From assembly GCA_942492995.1 (NCBI GenBank), contig OW818653.1, positions 210,001 to 242,000 on the forward strand: 32,000 nucleotides of DNA. The letters are read 5' to 3'. Numbering within the stretch: the stretch's first letter is position 1; each line of letters begins with the position of its first letter. Of the stretch, positions 1-7,900 are shown one piece after another. Below the pieces are notes generated by a model. That model did not search any database and had not been told where the DNA came from. It saw only the letters and a program-made list of their open reading frames with translations. This stretch comes from an uncultured Erysipelotrichaceae bacterium (GTDB lineage: Bacteria > Bacillota_I > Bacilli_A > Erysipelotrichales > Erysipelotrichaceae). Both the position numbers and the translations under genes were made by a program.

Positions 1-2
1 TC

Positions 3-680
3 TTGATTTTATATGCGATTATGGCAATAAGTGGAATTATTCTTACAGGTATAACTATGCAGTTGTTTAGTGTAATTGATTTAGATATAGCAGAATTCTA
101 TTTCTCAAATATTGTGTTGATAGGTGCAAGTTCATTGTTTTTTGTCGCAGTGTTCTTAGTTATTAAGAGTATTAATCTAACAAAAAATATTGCGCCATAT
201 ATTGCGAAAATATTTAGTCCTTTAGTATTAATCACATTAGTTGTATACCTAATTACAGTTCTCATTATTGGTAAGAATCCATTTATAGACCGTGATTTCT
301 TATTAACATTTAATGTAATATTAATTCTTGTTTTAGCAATCACAATATTCTCAATTACTGAACGTCAATCTCAAAATAAGTCCCTATCAGATATGATTAA
401 TTTTATCTTAATTGTGATTGCGATTATTATAGATTCAATTGCTTTATCAGCTATTGTATTTAGATTAACATCCTATGGTATTACTCCAAATCGACTTGCA
501 GTTCTAGGAATTAATGTGCTTATATTCGTTAATCTAATTTGGATTGTGTTCGCGTATTTTGGTTATCTAAAAGACAATAAACAAATTGAAACAGTGCAGA
601 ATGCAGTTACGAACTATCTTCCATTCTATGGAATTTGGGCTGCACTTGTCACATTTATGTTTCCAATTGTGTTCAGATAA
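3..680 (+). CDS. C-terminal part of a polytopic membrane protein (5' end outside the window)
   Basis: The frame is open from the window edge. The protein is almost entirely hydrophobic helices (at least 6 TM-like segments). Stop TAA at 678-680. Family not recognised with certainty. Confidence 0.6.
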   Translation: MILYAIMAISGIILTGITMQLFSVIDLDIAEFYFSNIVLIGASSLFFVAVFLVIKSINLTKNIAPYIAKIFSPLVLITLVVYLITVLIIGKNPFIDRDFLLTFNVILILVLAITIFSITERQSQNKSLSDMINFILIVIAIIIDSIALSAIVFRLTSYGITPNRLAVLGINVLIFVNLIWIVFAYFGYLKDNKQIETVQNAVTNYLPFYGIWAALVTFMFPIVFR

Positions 681-799
681 ATCGAATATTAATTAATGTA
701 TATGTATTTTATTTAGGTAATATAATGATCATTTAAGAGGTTTATCATAGCGATTTCATGAAAACCATTATACAATTCTAGTTAGATAAGAGGATGATT

Positions 800-1825
800 A
801 TGAAACAGTTAACGATTGGGATTATTGGGAATGGAAAAAGTACAAATCGATATCAATTACCATACATTTTACAAAGGAAAGAACACTATAAAGTAAAAAC
901 TATCTTCCAAAGAGATATTAGTAAATCTGATTGGGCAAGAATAGATGGAATTAACTATACGGATAATTTGGATGATTTGTTAAATGAACCAGAAATTGAA
1001 ATTGTTATATTAGCTATATCATCTAATGCACACTATGATATGGCCAAGAAGGTATTAGCCGCAAATAAACATTGTATCGTCGAGAAACCATTTACTGAGA
1101 CAATAGAACAAGCAAAAGAATTATATGCGATCGCAAAAGAGAAAAATTTAATCGTGCAATGTTATCAAAATAGACGATTTGATAGTGATCTCTTAACTGT
1201 TCAGAAAGTAATGGCTTCAAATGTATTAGGAGATATCCAGGAAATTGAAATGTCATTTGATTACTTTAGACCTGAGCGATCTGAACAATCCACTTCGTTT
1301 AGTAAGATTAACTCTTTCTTGTATGGACATGCTTGTCATTCACTGGATCAAGTCATATCTGTTTTTGGAAAACCTGATCGAGTTGTTTATGATGTTAGAC
1401 AATTACTTGGGGAAGGAAGATTGAATGATTACTTTGACATTGATTTGTTTTATGGATTACTTAAAGTATCAATTAAATCTAGTTTCTTTAGAGTAAAACC
1501 TAGACCAAGTTATGTCGTTTATGGTAAAAAAGGGATGTTTATAAAAGAGACAAAAGATAAACAAGAAGAACATTTAAAATTATTTATTTGGCCAAATGTA
1601 GAAGGATTTGGAGTAGATACTGTTAAAGAGTACGGTACATTAACGTATGTGGATAATGACAAGAATTTTCATGAAGAGAAGGTTGTCTCAGAAGTTGGAG
1701 ATTATGGTCGATATTATGATGCTTTGTATAACACTATCGTTTATGGAGCTGAAAAATTAGTCAAAGATGAAGAAACACTTTGGCAGTTGGAAATTCTTGA
1801 GACAGGAATTAGTGGATTAAAATAA
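800..1825 (+). CDS. Gfo/Idh/MocA-family NAD(P)-dependent oxidoreductase
   Basis: N-terminal Rossmann loop IGIIGNGKS and the family-typical EKP motif (VEKPF). SD AAGAGGA lies 5 nt before the ATG at 800; the track ORF starts in-frame at 794, inside the SD. Confidence 0.8.
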   Translation: MKQLTIGIIGNGKSTNRYQLPYILQRKEHYKVKTIFQRDISKSDWARIDGINYTDNLDDLLNEPEIEIVILAISSNAHYDMAKKVLAANKHCIVEKPFTETIEQAKELYAIAKEKNLIVQCYQNRRFDSDLLTVQKVMASNVLGDIQEIEMSFDYFRPERSEQSTSFSKINSFLYGHACHSLDQVISVFGKPDRVVYDVRQLLGEGRLNDYFDIDLFYGLLKVSIKSSFFRVKPRPSYVVYGKKGMFIKETKDKQEEHLKLFIWPNVEGFGVDTVKEYGTLTYVDNDKNFHEEKVVSEVGDYGRYYDALYNTIVYGAEKLVKDEETLWQLEILETGISGLK

Positions 1826-1835
1826 AGATAAAAAG

Positions 1836-1858
1836 AAAGAAAACCATCGGTTTTCTTT
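1836..1858. terminator. Bidirectional hairpin terminator between convergent genes
   Basis: AAAGAAAACC / GGTTTTCTTT 10-bp stem with a 3-nt loop, flanked by an A-run on one side and a T-run on the other. It sits between the stops at 1825 (+) and 1884 (-). Confidence 0.6.
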
Positions 1859-1883
1859 TATATTAATTTATTTATTCAATTGA

Positions 1884-2732
1884 TTACTTTTTAGAGTAGT
1901 TCTCTCGTGTTACTATCGTATTATATACACTCACTGTTATTAAAACGATTAATCCACCAACAATCGCAAGAGGAGTAGGAATTTCACCTAACACAAGGAA
2001 TACCCAGAATGGATTAAGTATTGGTTCTAATGTTGCGATGATACTAGAAGTAGTGGCAGCTGTTTGTTTAATGCCAAGTGAGAAGAAGATGTATCCGAAT
2101 CCTAATTGGAATACACCCATGAGAATAATATATAACCATATCGTTGGACTTTGATTTTGGATAAAGCTTTGATCAAAGAAAATGAATGGAAGAATGAAGA
2201 TACTTAATAGATTCCCTAAATAAGTCGCATCAATCGGTGATGCATTTGGTAGTTTATTCGCAAAAAATACAGCCGCAAAGCTTAATCCAGATGCTAATGC
2301 GATTAAATCACCATAGTAGTTTCCACTCTTAAATTGATCAAAGAAGAAAATACTAATTCCAATAATTACACCAATAATTGCGAATATATCACGTTTACGA
2401 GGTTTTTGTTTATAAATAATAAGGGTTAATAGAATGATAAATACTGGGGATGTATATTGTAATACAATCGCATTCGCCGCACTTGTCATCTTATTTGCGA
2501 GCATAAATAGAATTGTTGTAATGGTTAAGCTTATGCCAGCTAATAGAATTGGTTTATTAAACTTAAAGTGAAAATTTCTACGATAGATAGCAATTGTGAT
2601 AGCCGCAAAGATACCACGTAATGCGGCTATAGTTAAGCCTGACCATGGTATAAGTTTGCCAAGCAATCCTCCAAAACTCCAAAATATAGCTGCTATAACG
2701 ATATATAATGGTCCTAAATTTGATATTCTCAT
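1884..2732 (-). CDS. EamA/DMT-superfamily transporter
   Basis: 282 aa with about 10 TM helices in two similar halves. The N-terminus IAAIFWSFGG and the overall pattern are typical of EamA-domain permeases. Confidence 0.8.
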   Translation of the reverse strand: MRISNLGPLYIVIAAIFWSFGGLLGKLIPWSGLTIAALRGIFAAITIAIYRRNFHFKFNKPILLAGISLTITTILFMLANKMTSAANAIVLQYTSPVFIILLTLIIYKQKPRKRDIFAIIGVIIGISIFFFDQFKSGNYYGDLIALASGLSFAAVFFANKLPNASPIDATYLGNLLSIFILPFIFFDQSFIQNQSPTIWLYIILMGVFQLGFGYIFFSLGIKQTAATTSSIIATLEPILNPFWVFLVLGEIPTPLAIVGGLIVLITVSVYNTIVTRENYSKK

Positions 2733-2823
2733 GTTCGAAATTATAACAGATATTTCCTATGAATGTTATAGTTATTTTGTGATAATAACTTTAAAATGAT
2801 ATCTCTAAAAGGGAGGGGAATGT

Positions 2824-3621
2824 ATGAAAAATATTGTGATTACAGGTAGTACAAGAGGAATTGGATTGGAAATGGCGAAAGAATTTCTTAGAAACAAATG
2901 TTATGTTACCTTATCCGGAAGAGGTCAAAGCTTGAGTGAAGAGGTTATAAATCAACTTAAAGATTTTGAAGGTAATTATATCTATGTTAAATGTGATGTT
3001 ACCTTAGAAAATAACATACAAATACTTTGGGATGAAAGTATAAGAGAATGGAAAACCATAGATATATGGATTAATAACGCTGGTCAAAATTCTCAACATG
3101 CATTTTCATGGGATATTGATTTTAGTGATACGAAATCAGTAATTAGTACAAATTTAATTGGTATGATTTATGGATCACAAATAGCCGCAAAAGAAATGTT
3201 AAAACAAGGTTTTGGGGCAATCTATAGTATGGAAGGTTTGGGTTCAAATAATATGATTCAATCTAAAACAATTCATTATGGGACAACGAAACATGCACTA
3301 ACCTACTATATGAAGGGATTAGCGAAGGAACTTAAAGGGACAGACGTTATTGCAGGTCGATTATCGCCAGGTATGATGTTAACAGATTTCATTACGAAAG
3401 ATAAAAATGGTCATGAATCTGATGTAATTTCGGATAAGAGATTTATCAAAATATTTAACATTCTTGCAGATAAACCTGAGACAGTTGCACGTTACTTTAT
3501 ACCAAGAATGCTAGAGAATACAAAAAATAATACTCAGATTACATGGTTGACTAATCAAAAGATACTAACTCGTTTCTTAGTTGCAGGATTTAGTAAAAAT
3601 AGATTATTAGAAATTAAATAA
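2824..3621 (+). CDS. Short-chain dehydrogenase/reductase (SDR)
   Basis: TGSTRGIG (TGxxxGxG cofactor loop), NNAG, and the catalytic Y-x3-K (YGTTK). Strong SD GGGAGGGG upstream. Confidence 0.85.
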   Translation: MKNIVITGSTRGIGLEMAKEFLRNKCYVTLSGRGQSLSEEVINQLKDFEGNYIYVKCDVTLENNIQILWDESIREWKTIDIWINNAGQNSQHAFSWDIDFSDTKSVISTNLIGMIYGSQIAAKEMLKQGFGAIYSMEGLGSNNMIQSKTIHYGTTKHALTYYMKGLAKELKGTDVIAGRLSPGMMLTDFITKDKNGHESDVISDKRFIKIFNILADKPETVARYFIPRMLENTKNNTQITWLTNQKILTRFLVAGFSKNRLLEIK

Positions 3622-3629
3622 GGAGTTTT

Positions 3630-4004
3630 ATGGAGAATTTCACATTTGATGAGTATAAGAATGCTAAAGAAGAACTAGAGAAGACGATAATTAAATGTGA
3701 GGTTATGTTTCCGAAGTTCAAGCTTGGAACATCTCAACATACATTATTAATTAATCGAATTAATGCATTAACTCTATGTAAAGATTTAATCGATAAGAAA
3801 ATTTCGAATAATGAAGAGTTGGATCAAGTTTATTCGATTAAAGATATTGATCAATCAATTAATCCAATAGAATCGATAATTCATAAATGTAAAAAAGCGC
3901 AAAGTAAGTATGAAATAGGTTCAACACACTATAATCGTTATATTAAAATGATAAATACAATGTATGTGTGTAAATCTTTAATAGAGAATGAGATGAAAAA
4001 ATAA
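3630..4004 (+). CDS. Hypothetical cytoplasmic protein (124 aa)
   Basis: SD AAGGAG 5 nt upstream of the ATG, tightly coupled to the SDR gene. No motif recognised. Confidence 0.6.
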   Translation: MENFTFDEYKNAKEELEKTIIKCEVMFPKFKLGTSQHTLLINRINALTLCKDLIDKKISNNEELDQVYSIKDIDQSINPIESIIHKCKKAQSKYEIGSTHYNRYIKMINTMYVCKSLIENEMKK

Positions 4005-4006
4005 AA

Positions 4007-4027
4007 AACCCTTATTTTCTAAGGGTT
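4007..4027 (+). terminator. Hairpin just after the last host gene (terminator-like, no clean T-run)
   Basis: AACCCTTA / TAAGGGTT 8-bp stem with loop TTTTC, starting 3 nt after the stop at 4004. Confidence 0.45.
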
Positions 4028-4147
4028 CTAATTGCGACTGGCGGAGGACATGAGATTTAAAAGAATCATTTTTAATTAATTCAATTCCTTTTAAAATAAG
4101 GGTTTTTCGTTGCTTTCCATACTCGTTTTTATATGGTTTTTTCGATT

Positions 4148-4169
4148 TGTATCACCACTGTATCACCAC
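4148..4169. repeat. Perfect tandem 11-bp repeat TGTATCACCAC x2 abutting the integrase stop codon (candidate arm-type integrase site)
   Basis: Read directly: 4148-4158 and 4159-4169 are identical. They lie between the host terminator and int. Confidence 0.6.
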
Positions 4170-4170
4170 G

Positions 4171-5226
4171 CTATTTTCTTCGAATCTGATTAAATACCTC
4201 TGCACTTTCTTCATCGATGTTTTTTAAAGCATGTGCATATACACGAGCAGTTACATCTACACTAGAATGTCCTAATCGTTTAGAAACTTTTATAAGAGGT
4301 ATATTTGCATCTAATAATAAAGAACCATTAGAGTGTCTGAATTCATGTAATGTGTATTCACGAAGTTTGGCTTTCTTTAAACCATCTTTCAACTTCCTAA
4401 CTATAGTTGATGTTGATAGTGGTTCATGTCCACCGAAAACAAATGGACCATCTTGGTTTATTAAAGGTACTAGATTCTCAAATAGTTCATCATCGAGTTT
4501 TAAGATTCTATAGCTCTTTGGAGTTTTTAAACTTGAGAGACCACGTCGACTACCTACTTGTCTATGTGGGATACTTTTATTAATTGATACAGTTCTATTT
4601 TTTAAATCTATATCTTCTTTTTGTATAGCTAAAGCTTCAGATCTTCGCACACCTGTAAAGTAACAAAATTCAAAGAATGTTTTATATACCTGGTTATCTA
4701 TTTCCTTAATAAAAATATCAAACTCATCATAATTCATTACATGCTTTTCTTTTTGTTCATCAAAAGGTTTTACGAAGGATTGCAATCCTTTAGCATTATC
4801 GGGAATATCATAATTTAAATATCCAAACTTCATAATTGCCTTGATTAGCTTGATTATAGAGTTTTTCGTTGTAGACGATAAATTAGTCGTTGCTATTTGA
4901 TTTCTCCAATTTATCCATGTTTTTGATTGAATTGGAAGGGGATTATCGAAGTGATTACCAACATACTTTTTGAGTTTATTGAATTGGTCTCTGATTGTAG
5001 CTTCATTCGCAATACCAACTCTTGTGTTAAAATATAAACTGCTTATTTCTCCAAATGAAAACTTTAGATTGTATGATGTGTCAAACTTTACCGATTTCTC
5101 CCAAGATTCAGCTGCTTTTTTAGTTAGAAATCCTCGTTTCTTATGTGATTTTATTTCTCCATTATTATCACGGAATCGAAGATCAACATACCATGTTTTA
5201 CGAACACTATCTTTATATATTGCCAT
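4171..5226 (-). CDS. int: Tyrosine-type site-specific integrase
   Basis: C-terminal catalytic pattern: GVRRSE (Arg I), HEFRHS (H-x-x-R), GHSSVDVTARVYAH (His/Tyr). N-terminal arm-binding-like MAIYKDSVRKTWYVDLRF. SD AAAGGAGG. Sits at the prophage edge. Confidence 0.92.
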   Translation of the reverse strand: MAIYKDSVRKTWYVDLRFRDNNGEIKSHKKRGFLTKKAAESWEKSVKFDTSYNLKFSFGEISSLYFNTRVGIANEATIRDQFNKLKKYVGNHFDNPLPIQSKTWINWRNQIATTNLSSTTKNSIIKLIKAIMKFGYLNYDIPDNAKGLQSFVKPFDEQKEKHVMNYDEFDIFIKEIDNQVYKTFFEFCYFTGVRRSEALAIQKEDIDLKNRTVSINKSIPHRQVGSRRGLSSLKTPKSYRILKLDDELFENLVPLINQDGPFVFGGHEPLSTSTIVRKLKDGLKKAKLREYTLHEFRHSNGSLLLDANIPLIKVSKRLGHSSVDVTARVYAHALKNIDEESAEVFNQIRRK

Positions 5227-5326
5227 TTTTGAAACCTCCTTTATACTTTAATAATTGAGGTACAGAAAAGATGCCTTGTACAGGTGTAATTCTGTATCTA
5301 ACTTCTGTTACAACTGATGTTTTATA

Positions 5327-6391
5327 TTAATAAATAAATTTAGCACTATTTTTAATATATTCGATACATACTTCCAAGTCATAATAATCACTATCTATAC
5401 TTATAATCTTTTCATATTTGAATTTAACAATTATTTCAGATGTTGTCTTATGTTGTTTTAATTCTTGTATATCATAGTACTCAATATCAATTAGAAATTT
5501 TATAACATTCTTTTCAAAAAACTTATAGTTTATATCTAAATAGAATTCTGAATTGTAACGTCCAGGAAGAATTTTACAATTTATATCTTGTAAGTTGATA
5601 TTTTCAAGATAATCATTAATTAATACTTGTGAAGGCTTATTAAAGCCGAAGTGGTGCTGCCAATACTTATAAACTTCGAACTTACTGAAAGATATGTTTT
5701 TTGCATGGTGTTCAGAAGTATTTAGGATTTCAAAGAAAACCGGGAAATTATATATCACCTCATTATCTTCTTCTTTTAAAAGATCACCAACTCCAAGTTT
5801 CTCATTAGACTTTTGAGATTTACTCTTTTTAATATTAGTTTCGATGTCAGAATGTTTTATATTGCTTTTCTTAGCAATTTCTGGAATTTGAACAATAACT
5901 ATTGGTATTGTTTGATATGCGAATTGATTCTTCAATTCTTGAGATTCTTCAATCCTAATATTCTTCTCATGTTTTATTGTGAATATTAGAGCTGTCATAG
6001 TAATAATACCGCCAAGTAGTGAACCTATAAATGAAAGCCACCCATCTGCTGTTCCTATCTTTACACCTTCAATATTCGATAATTGTCTACCTAACGATAG
6101 AATTCCGTAAGTTGCTGGAAACGAAAGAGTAACAAATATTGTTGAATAAATTAAAATGTTTCTATTTAAGTTATCATTGCTTTTTCCTATCCATAAAAAA
6201 TAAAGATAAATAGCTATGGATGCATTATAAGATATTTGTACACTAATAATGATAAAAAATTCTAATGGATGAGTTAATGATGTTACGTTTATATTTAATA
6301 AAGCGATAGATCCATAAATCAAATATATTGTTAGAATAATTTTGCTAATTATACCAAAGTTGATTTTAATGAAGTTTACTAATTTATTCAT
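5327..6391 (-). CDS. Membrane protein of unknown function (4 N-terminal TM helices plus a soluble C-terminal domain of about 200 aa); lysogeny-operon cargo
   Basis: ATG at 6391 with GGTGA 7 nt upstream. Same strand as the repressor, ImmA and int genes and lying between them. No recognisable motif. Confidence 0.75.
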   Translation of the reverse strand: MNKLVNFIKINFGIISKIILTIYLIYGSIALLNINVTSLTHPLEFFIIISVQISYNASIAIYLYFLWIGKSNDNLNRNILIYSTIFVTLSFPATYGILSLGRQLSNIEGVKIGTADGWLSFIGSLLGGIITMTALIFTIKHEKNIRIEESQELKNQFAYQTIPIVIVQIPEIAKKSNIKHSDIETNIKKSKSQKSNEKLGVGDLLKEEDNEVIYNFPVFFEILNTSEHHAKNISFSKFEVYKYWQHHFGFNKPSQVLINDYLENINLQDINCKILPGRYNSEFYLDINYKFFEKNVIKFLIDIEYYDIQELKQHKTTSEIIVKFKYEKIISIDSDYYDLEVCIEYIKNSAKFIY

Positions 6392-6465
6392 TTGAATTCA
6401 CCATATTTTATGTTTGGTGAATCTAAATTGGTTTTTTTAATCATGAAATTTCCCCCATTTGTAGA

Positions 6466-6777
6466 TTATGCGGTAATACCTAACAAATTGAAATGCAGAT
6501 TATAATCTTCAATTATTTTATGAACTTCTATTTCACACTTAGCTATATACACAGGTTCGCAGCTAAAGTGATTTTTCATGATGTGGATTATTTCGTGTAT
6601 CGTTGTTGTTTTTAATTGGAAGCCATTGAATCGATTGTTTAGAAATACATGGAATTCTTCACCATCATAATAACAAAAGCCTTTTATTGTAGATCCAAGA
6701 TTCTTTTTAATTTTAATAATAATTCCATGCTGAATACAAAACTCATTGAAATCCCCAACATCAAATTCCCCCATCAT
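6466..6777 (-). CDS. ImmA/IrrE-type zinc metallopeptidase (short form, 103 aa)
   Basis: HExxH motif HEIIH. Starts 6 nt downstream of the XRE repressor stop, the classic ImmR/ImmA arrangement. Confidence 0.75.
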   Translation of the reverse strand: MMGEFDVGDFNEFCIQHGIIIKIKKNLGSTIKGFCYYDGEEFHVFLNNRFNGFQLKTTTIHEIIHIMKNHFSCEPVYIAKCEIEVHKIIEDYNLHFNLLGITA

Positions 6778-6783
6778 AAGTAG

Positions 6784-7215
6784 TTAGTCTATGCCTCTTT
6801 CCTTTCGTATACCTTTAATAATTGTTAAGACCATTTCAAGGTCTTGTGGTGTTAGATCCTTTGCAGAATCGAATAATAACTGAAGTGTTTCACTTTCGTA
6901 TATCTGTTGATAAAGTTCAAGTAATTCGGGTTTATCAGAGAAATAGTCTAGATTGTCTTTGTGATTGCCATAAATATCAGATTTTTCTTCAACTCCAAAG
7001 TAACCTATCTCATCTGTAAATCCAGCTAACCAAGATTCACTAACATTTAAATATTCGGCTATTAATGATATTTTATCGTTTTTTGCTATTTGCTTTTCAT
7101 TCAAATATTGAGAAATAAGTGCTTGACTTAATCCTGTAGACGAAGCAAGATCAACTGGTTTCTTATAAGCTCTATTAAGTGCAAATTGAAGTCTTTCTGA
7201 GAAATTATATTTCAT
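6784..7215 (-). CDS. XRE-family HTH repressor (CI/ImmR-like)
   Basis: HTH_XRE sequence FSERLQFALNRAYKKPVDLASSTGLSQALISQYLNEK. I prefer the ATG at 7215 (SD GGGAG 8 nt upstream). The track start at 7236 touches the predicted -10 box and would lie upstream of the transcription start. Confidence 0.85.
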   Translation of the reverse strand: MKYNFSERLQFALNRAYKKPVDLASSTGLSQALISQYLNEKQIAKNDKISLIAEYLNVSESWLAGFTDEIGYFGVEEKSDIYGNHKDNLDYFSDKPELLELYQQIYESETLQLLFDSAKDLTPQDLEMVLTIIKGIRKERGID

Positions 7216-7236
7216 TTTCTTACTCCCTATAATCAT

Positions 7237-7264
7237 ATTATAAAGAAAACTTAATAAATAACAA
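7237..7264 (-). promoter_or_regulatory. Candidate repressor-operon promoter (minus strand)
   Basis: On the minus strand: TTGTTA (7264-7259), 16-nt spacer, TATAAT (7242-7237). The spacer contains one GAAAACTTAA repeat. Confidence 0.55.
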
Positions 7265-7303
7265 GTGATTTTAATAAAATATATAGAAAACTTAATTTTG
7301 GTA

Positions 7304-7332
7304 TTGACTTAAGAAAACTTAAGATTTATTAT
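7304..7332 (+). promoter_or_regulatory. Candidate early lytic promoter (PR-like)
   Basis: TTGACT (7304-7309), 17-nt spacer, TATTAT (7327-7332). The spacer is occupied by operator CTTAAGAAAACTTAAG. Confidence 0.6.
7308..7323. promoter_or_regulatory. Operator CTTAAG-AAAA-CTTAAG inside the PR spacer
   Basis: 16-bp dyad read directly. It is related to the copies at 7341-7356 and 7586-7601. GAAAACTTAA also recurs at 7245 and 7286. Confidence 0.6.
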
Positions 7333-7340
7333 ATTAATAA

Positions 7341-7356
7341 GTTAAGAATACTTAAG
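7341..7356. promoter_or_regulatory. Operator GTTAAG-AATA-CTTAAG overlapping the cro SD
   Basis: Same half-site spacing as 7308-7323, with one mismatch. Confidence 0.5.
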
Positions 7357-7369
7357 GAGAAAACAGAGT

Positions 7370-7600
7370 ATGCCAATCAAATTTGACTATTCAAAATTAC
7401 GAGGTCGAATAAAAGAAGTTTATAGAACTGAAACTGAATTTGCAAAAGAACTCGGAATATCGACAGTTTCACTTAGTGGAAGATTAAATAATAAATTGAA
7501 TTTCGAACAATCAGAAATGATAAAAATTGGTGACTTATTAATGATTGATAAAGAAGAATTACATAACTATTTTTTTACAAGGCAACTTAAGAATTCTTAA
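7370..7600 (+). CDS. Cro-like small HTH regulator
   Basis: 76 aa, divergent from the repressor. HTH segment TETEFAKELGISTVSLSGRLNNK. Confidence 0.8.
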   Translation: MPIKFDYSKLRGRIKEVYRTETEFAKELGISTVSLSGRLNNKLNFEQSEMIKIGDLLMIDKEELHNYFFTRQLKNS

Positions 7601-7601
7601 G
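7586..7601. promoter_or_regulatory. Distal operator CTTAAG-AATT-CTTAAG spanning the cro stop codon
   Basis: Perfect 18-bp palindrome ACTTAAGAATTCTTAAGT at 7585-7602, with the same architecture as the PR operators. Confidence 0.5.
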
Positions 7602-7900
7602 TTTAATATAAGAATACATGTATGCAGACTGCCATTCTTTTCTATCATATTCCCCCCACCCAAACATCAATGAAAGGGAAGGATGTCAGTTTAGATGCAT
7701 GTATTCGAAGTGGGAATAACCTATGTTAAGTCGTTGAAAGTAAATGCATTGAATATGTTAATTCTTATCAAAGGTAAAAAGTATGGAGATAAATAAAAAA
7801 ATACATGTATCTATGTCATTACCAATCACTCGGTGGGGGAATATAGCGATCAGTAACAACTTACATACATGTATTATGTAACCTTCTAATTTATCTAAAC
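7602..7900 (+). ncRNA. ORF-free structured spacer downstream of cro; candidate cis-acting RNA element or protein-binding array
   Basis: No ORF of 60 aa or more on either strand. Several long-range complementarities, some needing G-U pairs that only work on the plus-strand transcript. See findings. Confidence 0.35.
7614..7874. repeat. Four copies of the 10-bp palindrome ATACATGTAT (three perfect, one ATGCATGTAT)
   Basis: Perfect copies at 7614-7623, 7801-7810 and 7865-7874; one-mismatch copy at 7695-7704. Confidence 0.9.

Noticed and set aside
4021-4075. A tRNA or tmRNA 3' end as the integration target (GGTTCTAATTGCGACTGGCGGAGG...).
   Set aside because: I could not build a T-arm/acceptor structure on either strand. 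The resemblance to GGTTCGAATCC is superficial.
4020-4104. TAAGGGTT occurring twice (4020-4027 and 4097-4104) as a possible duplicated att core.
   Set aside because: The match is only 8 bp and both copies are on the same side of the prophage. A true core should recur at attR, which is outside the window.
7622-7729. Small ORFs in the spacer after cro: a 35-aa ORF at 7622..7729 and a 22-aa ORF starting at ATG 7813.
   Set aside because: There is no SD-like sequence upstream of either ATG, and the ATGs lie inside the palindromic repeats. Treated as non-coding, although translation cannot be excluded.
7614-7874. Possibility that the repeated palindromes form a CRISPR array, or that the spacer is a retron msr/msd.
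   Set aside because: The repeat unit is only 10 bp with irregular spacing (81, 106 and 64 bp), and no cas genes are present. No reverse transcriptase gene is present anywhere in the window.
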